Below, one piece after another: positions 58,563 to 64,000 of a DNA stretch of 64,000 nucleotides (position 1 is the first letter of the stretch; the number at the start of each line of letters is the position of its first letter). The stretch covers positions 96,250 to 160,249 of the forward strand of contig CAWEXP010000010.1 of assembly GCA_963813065.1 (NCBI GenBank), given 5' to 3'. The DNA comes from Candidatus Kaiserbacteria bacterium. Its GTDB lineage: Bacteria; Patescibacteriota; Minisyncoccia; Phycocordibacterales; Phycocordibacteraceae. Position numbers and translations under genes: made by a program. Below the pieces are notes generated by a model. It ran no database searches. It worked only from the letters and a program-made list of their open reading frames with translations, and was not told the DNA's origin.

Positions 58563-59342
58563 ATGAATCCCGGCCGCCTCCACCCGATCACGATTGCTAT
58601 TCGTGATATCGCGGATATCTTCGGCCGGATGGGATTCGACATTGGGTACGGGCCGGAGCTCGAAGACGAGTTCCATAACTTCGACGGACTCCGCATGTTT
58701 CCTGATCACCCTGCGCGCGACATGCAGGACACCTTCTGGCTAAAACCCGCCCTGGGCGGGTTCGCCCGACCCGACTCGTCTGACGAGTCGGGTTTAGGGG
58801 CAAGGATACCGAGAGTGCTGCGCACGCACACGACCTCGGTCACCATTCGCGAGCTCGAGCAGATGGCGAAAGAGGGCACGATCTCAGCACGAATGATTAA
58901 TCCGGGGAAAGTGTTCCGTAACGAAGCTACGGACCAATTCCACGAAGCGCAGTTCTATCAGCTCGACGGTTTTGCGGTTGGGCCAATCGGTTCGGTTACG
59001 CTCGCTGATTTGAAGGGCACCTTCGACCGTTTCTATCGCGAATATCTCGGCCCCGAGGCGAAGGTGCGTTTCCGCCCCAGCTATTTCCCCTTCGTGGAGC
59101 CGGGCGTCGAGATCGATGTGTGGTTTGCGCCCGCGCAGAAGTGGCTCGAGATGGCGGGTGCGGGCATGCTTCATCCCGACGTGCTCCGTAACGCCGGACT
59201 CGATCCGCAAAAGGTCGCGGGCTTCGCCTTCGGCGGCGGACTTGAACGTTTGCTGATGGTGAAGTACGGCATCCCTGATGTGCGACTCTTCCACTCGGGC
59301 GACATTCGTTTCGTTTACGGTTTCCCCGAAAAGAAAATATGA
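58563..59342 (+). CDS. pheS: Phenylalanine--tRNA ligase alpha subunit (short form lacking the N-terminal about 85 aa), with a roughly 20-aa in-frame insertion encoded by nested palindromes
   Basis: HPITIAIRDIADIF..., class II motifs FRPSYFPFVEPGVEIDV and GFAFGGGLERLLM. The insertion KPALGGFARPDSSDESGLGARIP falls between DTFWL and RVLRTHTTS. Confidence 0.85.
   Translation: MNPGRLHPITIAIRDIADIFGRMGFDIGYGPELEDEFHNFDGLRMFPDHPARDMQDTFWLKPALGGFARPDSSDESGLGARIPRVLRTHTTSVTIRELEQMAKEGTISARMINPGKVFRNEATDQFHEAQFYQLDGFAVGPIGSVTLADLKGTFDRFYREYLGPEAKVRFRPSYFPFVEPGVEIDVWFAPAQKWLEMAGAGMLHPDVLRNAGLDPQKVAGFAFGGGLERLLMVKYGIPDVRLFHSGDIRFVYGFPEKKI
58743..58795. repeat. Nested palindromes inside pheS coding sequence: AACCCGCCC-t-GGGCGGGTT and CCCGACTCGTC-t-GACGAGTCGGG, enclosed by AAACCCG...CGGGTTT
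   Basis: Perfect 9-bp and 11-bp inverted repeats read directly from the sequence. Confidence 0.6.
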
Positions 59343-61591
59343 AAGTCTCCCGCGCGTGGTTGCAGAACTATTTTGATACGCCGCTTCCGAGCGTGGCGGA
59401 GATTGCCGATGCCTACACTTTTCACGCATTTGAAATAGAAGAAACCGATGGCGACGTGCTCGATGTAAAAGTGCTCCCGAATCGCGCGGCGGATTGCCTC
59501 TCAGTGCGCGGCTTGGCGAAAGAGCTCTCGGCCATTCTCAATATTCCGCTCAGGCACGATCCGCTCCGCGACCCTCTCTCCGCATTTCCGAAAACCAAAG
59601 AACTCACCGTCGCAATAGATGACCCGAAGAAATGCCTGCGCTACATGGGCGCGCTGGTGAAGGGCGTGCAGGTTGGCTCCTCGCCCGCGTGGCTTAAAGA
59701 AGCGCTTGAATCAGTCGGCCAGCGTTCAATCAACAACGTCGTCGACGCGACAAACTATGTGATGCTCAATCTCGGCCAGCCTCTGCACGCGTTCGATGCA
59801 GGGAAACTAGACGATTGTGTGCATGAAGGAAAGTACGGCATCGGCGTGCAGATGGGGTGGAACGATAGAGACTTCACGACGCTCTCGGGAGACACGGTGC
59901 CACTTTCTGACAACACACTCATTATTGTGGATGACAATTGTGGGACGCCGCTTGCCATTGCGGGCATCAAGGGCGGCAAAGCCGCTGAAGTCTCTGCGGA
60001 AACAAAAAACATCATCGTTGAGTCCGCGAATTTCGACGGCACTTTGGTGCGTCGCACCGCCCAAGCTTTGAAACTGTTTACCGATGCATCGCTCCGCTTC
60101 CAGAATCGCCCGTCGCCCGAGCTGGTGGCGTACGGCATGCGCGATGTACTTGCGCTTATCAAAGATATTGCGGGTGGGGAGGTGGTGGGCGTTGTTGACG
60201 AATACCCCAAGCCGGTTAAGCCCTACAAGACCGGCGTCTCGGCGAGCGAGATACACTCGCTTCTCGGTAGAGCATTTTCAGAAAAAGAAATCTCAGATGT
60301 TTTTGAACGATTGAACCTGCCTTTTGAACTCGTCGACCCGCTCCAGCGTATTCTCGACGTCGCGCAGACGCAGGTGGGCAAGCCCTATAAACACGGAGCA
60401 TCAGTGCTTCGCGATTCTCCTGACGCGTTCGACTGCTCCTCTCTCATTGCGTGGTGTTTCGCGCAGGCGGGCATCGGCGGCGTTCCGCGTATCTCGATTG
60501 ATCAATATGTCTGGAGCGATCCGATCGAAGAAAAAGATCTTGCGGCAGGTGACTTGATATTTTTCAGCACACCGACCAGCTATGTGTGGCACGAGTCGCA
60601 GGAATATCTGCCGGGGACAAAGGTGCCAGGCGGAATCAGCCACGTTGCGCTCGCGCTCGGTGACGGGAAGATGATTCATGCGCACGGCAAGGACGAACAT
60701 GCGGTTGTCATCCACGTCATCGCGGATTCACCGCGTCGAGGTGAGATTATCGGGTATCGTCGCCCCCGCGGACTCGGCGAAAAACGATTTGCAGTCACAG
60801 TCCCTTTCGAGCGCGTCGATCTGCGTATCAAAGAGGATTTGATAGAAGAAGTTGGTCGCATCCGCGGCTACGACACAATCCCCGCATCTGATGTAGGACT
60901 TACGAAACCCTACACGCCAGATCAAGCCAGATATAGAGGTATTGAGCGGATGAAGGACGAGCTCGTTGCGCAAGGATTTACGGAAGTTTCTACACAATCG
61001 TTTGCAAAAAAAGGCGACATCGCGCTTGCGAACCCACTCGACAAAGCGAAGCCGTTTCTCCGCACAACGCTGGAAGAAAACTTGAAAGAGGCCCTCGCCA
61101 AGGCCAAGCTATACGCGCCTCTCGTGCTCACGCCGGGCGAGAAGCCGAAACTTTTTGAAGTGGGGACGGTTTTCCCTAAGACAGGAGAATATATGGAATT
61201 GCGAACTACTGATGGTTCAGTCACGAATCTCTCAACACAAGAGATTGACGCTCCAGACTATGTGCCGGTGCGCTACGAGCTTGGGGCGTACAAGTCGTTT
61301 TCTGTCTACCCGTTCATCACCCGCGATATCGCATTTTGGGTTCCCGAGGGAACAACTGCCGATGTTGCAGGGGCCGCTCTCGACGATGTATTACGTACAA
61401 GCTCCTCCTTCAACCTCGCGATAAAAACGCAGATATGGCCACTCGACAAATACGAGAAGGATGGACGTACGTCTTTCGCGTTTCGAATCATTTTTCAACC
61501 AGTCGAAAAAACCCTTACTGATGAGGAGGTAAATACGGTGATGGATAAGATTTACGCGGTACTCAAGAACGAGGGTTTCGAGGTTCGCTAA
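59339..61591 (+). CDS. pheT: Phenylalanine--tRNA ligase beta subunit, carrying an in-frame NlpC/P60 (C40 papain-like peptidase) domain within its B5 domain and an in-frame REP2 copy
   Basis: B3/4 region (LHAFDAGKL...IAGIKGG); B5 halves FERLNLPFELVD and RFAVTVPFERVDLRIKEDLIEEVGRIRGYDTIP; C-terminal FDX-ACB. 4-nt overlap with the pheS stop. Confidence 0.85.
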   Translation: MKVSRAWLQNYFDTPLPSVAEIADAYTFHAFEIEETDGDVLDVKVLPNRAADCLSVRGLAKELSAILNIPLRHDPLRDPLSAFPKTKELTVAIDDPKKCLRYMGALVKGVQVGSSPAWLKEALESVGQRSINNVVDATNYVMLNLGQPLHAFDAGKLDDCVHEGKYGIGVQMGWNDRDFTTLSGDTVPLSDNTLIIVDDNCGTPLAIAGIKGGKAAEVSAETKNIIVESANFDGTLVRRTAQALKLFTDASLRFQNRPSPELVAYGMRDVLALIKDIAGGEVVGVVDEYPKPVKPYKTGVSASEIHSLLGRAFSEKEISDVFERLNLPFELVDPLQRILDVAQTQVGKPYKHGASVLRDSPDAFDCSSLIAWCFAQAGIGGVPRISIDQYVWSDPIEEKDLAAGDLIFFSTPTSYVWHESQEYLPGTKVPGGISHVALALGDGKMIHAHGKDEHAVVIHVIADSPRRGEIIGYRRPRGLGEKRFAVTVPFERVDLRIKEDLIEEVGRIRGYDTIPASDVGLTKPYTPDQARYRGIERMKDELVAQGFTEVSTQSFAKKGDIALANPLDKAKPFLRTTLEENLKEALAKAKLYAPLVLTPGEKPKLFEVGTVFPKTGEYMELRTTDGSVTNLSTQEIDAPDYVPVRYELGAYKSFSVYPFITRDIAFWVPEGTTADVAGAALDDVLRTSSSFNLAIKTQIWPLDKYEKDGRTSFAFRIIFQPVEKTLTDEEVNTVMDKIYAVLKNEGFEVR
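60335..60790 (+). other. NlpC/P60 peptidase domain (about 150 aa) embedded in pheT between the two halves of the B5 domain
   Basis: VGKPYKHGAS...PDAFDCSSLIAWCFAQAGIGGVPRISIDQY...LAAGDLIFF...GGISHVALALGDGKMIHAHG matches the NlpC/P60 pattern (G-PY-GG...FDCSGL...GI-LPR-S--Q...GDL-FF...HVGIY-G-G--IHA), with a candidate Cys-His-His triad. Confidence 0.6.
60892..60914. repeat. REP2 copy (TGTAGGACTTACGAAACCCTACA) inserted in-frame inside pheT, encoding DVGLTKPYT
   Basis: 22 of 23 identical to the reverse complement of REP2 flanking REPtron 2. Confidence 0.6.
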
Positions 61592-61592
61592 C

Positions 61593-62075
61593 ATGCCGGT
61601 GCCGTTTTATTCCCAGCATGCCGAGGACGTCCCCCTAGAGTGGCGCCACCGCGCGTGCGGTATCATTGCGCTTCGCATGGCGCTCGCACACTTTGGTAAA
61701 GAGGTGTCGCCCACGGAACTTATCGAGACCGGTGTCGCGACCGGCGCGTACGACCCGAAGTTTGGTTGGCGGCACGATGGTCTCATCGCGCTCGCGCAGA
61801 AGTGGGGCGTGAAGGCTGAGCGGAAAGAATTTAAGAAAAACCTCGAAGAGGGGAGTGTGTATCTTCGCGAGTCGCTCGCGAATGGCCAGGTCCCCATCGT
61901 CTCGCTCCGCGTCGAGGGCATAACTGACACGCACCTCGTCGCGCTCGTCGGCGCCGACGCAAACGGCTTCCTCTACAACGACCCCGCGCTCGACGCCACG
62001 ACCGGCTCGCATCTCGCTATCTCCAACGTCGACTTCCTCCGTCGCTGGCGCGCTCTCGCGATTTTCGTGGGATAA
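61593..62075 (+). CDS. Papain-like cysteine peptidase domain protein (Peptidase_C39_2/BtrH-N-like)
   Basis: YSQHAEDVPLEWRHRACGIIALRMALAHFG resembles the C39-like catalytic Cys region (Y-Q...CGP-S-AM-L). Starts 2 nt after the pheT stop. Confidence 0.45.
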   Translation: MPVPFYSQHAEDVPLEWRHRACGIIALRMALAHFGKEVSPTELIETGVATGAYDPKFGWRHDGLIALAQKWGVKAERKEFKKNLEEGSVYLRESLANGQVPIVSLRVEGITDTHLVALVGADANGFLYNDPALDATTGSHLAISNVDFLRRWRALAIFVG

Positions 62076-62130
62076 AAAAAGCGCCTGCGGTGAAGCAGGT
62101 CGACTTCTCCGCAGGCGCTTTTTTTATCCC
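62069..62130. terminator. Bidirectional rho-independent terminator: 22-bp perfect inverted repeat GGGATAAAAAAAGCGCCTGCGG ... CCGCAGGCGCTTTTTTTATCCC
   Basis: GC-rich stem flanked by an A-run and a T-run, between the pheT operon and gyrB. Confidence 0.6.
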
Positions 62131-62171
62131 CAAAAGGGGTCGATTTGTGATACAATAGAGGGATAGTAGAT

Positions 62172-64000
62172 ATGGCGAAAAAGGCTGAAAATACGGAGCA
62201 GAAACGCGGCGCCAAGGGCGCCGCGGGGCATGCGTATGACGCTTCCTCGATTACCGTCCTCGAGGGCCTCGAGCCGGTGCGTAAGCGCCCCGGGATGTAC
62301 ATCGGCACGACCGGCCCCGATGGTCTCCATCACCTGATCTGGGAAATTTTCGACAACTCGCGCGACGAGGCGATGGGCGGCTTTGCGAATGATATTGAGG
62401 TTGCGCTCCTGCCCGGCGGCTACGTGCGCGTGGTCGACAATGGCCGCGGCATCCCGACCGGCATCCACCCGAAGACAAAAGTCTCCGCGCTCGAAACAAT
62501 CATGACGACGCTCCATGCCGGCGGTAAGTTCGGTGGCGCTGACTCGGGCTACAAGGTCTCGGGCGGCCTCCACGGCGTCGGCGCTTCGGTGGTGAACGCG
62601 CTCTCGACGCACACCAAGGTCACGGTCCATCACGATGGCGAAGCGTTCACACAGGAGTACAAAATCGGCAAGCCGGTCGCGAAGGTCAAGAAGATTGGTT
62701 CGAGCAAGCACCACGGCACCATCGTGCTCTTCAAGCCCGACGAAACCATCTTCACCGATGGCATCAATTGGGATTGGAACAAAATTGTTGCGCATCTGCG
62801 CCAGCAGGCCTACCTAGTGAAGGATCTCCGCGTCTCGATTCTCGATGCACGTGAGGATATCGGCGCGACCGACGAAGAGTGTTTCTATCTGCGCGAATTG
62901 CAACTCGATGTTCCTTCGATGACGTTCTACTTCGAAGGTGGGTTGAAGTCGCTGGTCGCGTTCTATAATCGCCACCAGACCGTCGTCCACAAAAATATTT
63001 TCTATGTTGATCACGAAGCCGAGGGCGTTGCGGTCGAGGTCGCGCTCCAATACATCGACGACATAACTCCAAGGATTCTCGCCTTCGCCAACAATACCTA
63101 CAACGCCGAGGGCGGCACGCACACCACCGGATTCAAGACGGCGCTCACGCGCTCGCTCAACACCTACGGCCGCTCGGCAAATATCTTGAAGGAGAAGGAT
63201 GAGAACTTCACTGGTGATGACGTGCTCGAGGGATTAACCGCGGTCATTTCGGTCAAGTTGCCCGAGATTCAATTCGAAGGACAGACTAAAGCGAAACTCG
63301 GCTCGGTCGAAGCGCAGTCTGCAGTCGCCACCGTGTTCGGCTCCGCCTTCGGCACCTTCCTCGAAGAGAATCCCGACGACGCCCGCGCCATCGTCAACAA
63401 AGTCTTACTCGCGCTGAAGGCACGCAAGGCCGCGAAGGCCGCGAAAGATTCAGTGCTTCGCAAGGGCGCACTCGAGGGCATGACGCTCCCGGGCAAGCTC
63501 GCTGACTGCCAGACCAAGAGCGCCGAGGAGTCCGAACTTTTCATCGTCGAGGGCGATTCGGCCGGTGGCACTGCCAAGACCGGTCGCGATCGACGCACGC
63601 AAGCGATTCTCCCCTTGCGCGGAAAGATTTTGAATATTGAACGCGCGCGCATCGACCGTATGATTGCCTCCGAGCAAATCAAGAATCTCGTCGTCGCGCT
63701 CGGCACCGCCATCGGCGACGTCTTCGACCTCTCGAAGCTTCGCTACCACAAGGTGATTATTGCTACCGACGCCGACGTCGACGGTGCGCACATCCGCACC
63801 CTGCTCTTGACCCTGCTCTATCGTCACTTCCGCCCCGTGATTGATGGCGGCTTTGTCTACATTGCCCAACCACCGCTCTACAAGATTACGAAAGGGAAGG
63901 CGACTGCCTACGCGTATTCTGATCCAGAAAAAGATGCCGCGCTGAAAGAGTTCGGCGTTGCGCCGACTGAGGTCGCGATTGTGGGCGAAGGCGACGAGGA
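62172..64000 (+). CDS. gyrB: DNA gyrase subunit B (3'-partial; runs off the window end)
   Basis: GHKL ATPase motifs (LHHLIWEIFDNSRDEAMGG, DNGRGIP, GLHGVGASVVNALS) and the TOPRIM motif (EGDSAGG, ATDADVDGAHIRTLLLT). Confidence 0.9.
   Translation, partial: MAKKAENTEQKRGAKGAAGHAYDASSITVLEGLEPVRKRPGMYIGTTGPDGLHHLIWEIFDNSRDEAMGGFANDIEVALLPGGYVRVVDNGRGIPTGIHPKTKVSALETIMTTLHAGGKFGGADSGYKVSGGLHGVGASVVNALSTHTKVTVHHDGEAFTQEYKIGKPVAKVKKIGSSKHHGTIVLFKPDETIFTDGINWDWNKIVAHLRQQAYLVKDLRVSILDAREDIGATDEECFYLRELQLDVPSMTFYFEGGLKSLVAFYNRHQTVVHKNIFYVDHEAEGVAVEVALQYIDDITPRILAFANNTYNAEGGTHTTGFKTALTRSLNTYGRSANILKEKDENFTGDDVLEGLTAVISVKLPEIQFEGQTKAKLGSVEAQSAVATVFGSAFGTFLEENPDDARAIVNKVLLALKARKAAKAAKDSVLRKGALEGMTLPGKLADCQTKSAEESELFIVEGDSAGGTAKTGRDRRTQAILPLRGKILNIERARIDRMIASEQIKNLVVALGTAIGDVFDLSKLRYHKVIIATDADVDGAHIRTLLLTLLYRHFRPVIDGGFVYIAQPPLYKITKGKATAYAYSDPEKDAALKEFGVAPTEVAIVGEGDE

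Overview
This is a GC-rich bacterial window of 64 kb with short intergenic spacers. By gene content it looks like a streamlined, Patescibacteria/CPR-like genome: four-helix-bundle (23S-IVS family) protein, O-antigen-ligase/TPR protein, short PheS and EF-Ts, class I aldolase, split transketolase, many RayT genes and giant surface proteins. A porin-like outer-membrane beta-barrel gene argues for a diderm envelope, so the lineage is uncertain.

Layout, left to right:
- 1-10.3 kb: cell-envelope glycosylation locus (GT1, hexapeptide acetyltransferase, SAM methyltransferase, two GT2, Wzx-like flippase, two polytopic GT-C-like membrane proteins, O-antigen-ligase/TPR protein).
- 10.3-11 kb: GIY-YIG nuclease gene followed by a MITE-like element.
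- 11-18.8 kb: secA (interrupted by two compensating frameshifts), a four-helix-bundle gene bracketed by inverted repeats, a DUF1566 secreted protein, an SDR, obg and gatB.
- 18.9-39.3 kb: surface/adhesion island. It holds two paralogous HTH-TM genes, the second fused to a tail-fibre-like surface protein of about 4,460 aa (20213-33600, split by two frameshifts, with an S74-type intramolecular chaperone motif and DUF5011 Ig-like domains). It also holds an orphan MazF/PemK-like gene, a protein with three LamG domains, a HYR-domain protein and a glycine-rich secreted protein.
- 39.3-45.9 kb: sugar-phosphate cluster gap-rpiB-rpe-tkt(split)-pfkB-fba-rplY. The rpiB/rpe/tkt genes carry at least 11 frameshifts in about 3 kb, while the flanking gap, pfkB and fba genes are intact.
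- 46-52.3 kb: lytic transglycosylase with a coiled-coil N-terminus, OMP beta-barrel, large Cys-rich CARDB-like secreted protein.
- 52.3-64 kb: rpmE-prfA-rpsB-tsf, tRNA-Thr(TGT), thioredoxin-like protein, GT2, pheS-pheT, a C39-like peptidase and the start of gyrB. pheT carries an in-frame NlpC/P60 peptidase domain inside its B5 domain.

Four REPtron-like units are present (around 15.6, 36.5, 47.7 and 55.9 kb). Each has an IS200/RayT-type Y1 transposase gene with its own 17-23 bp palindromic repeat flanking it and also inserted in-frame inside it. Copies or relatives of these palindromes lie inside pheT, pheS and tkt coding sequence, a pattern that resembles Rickettsia RPEs.
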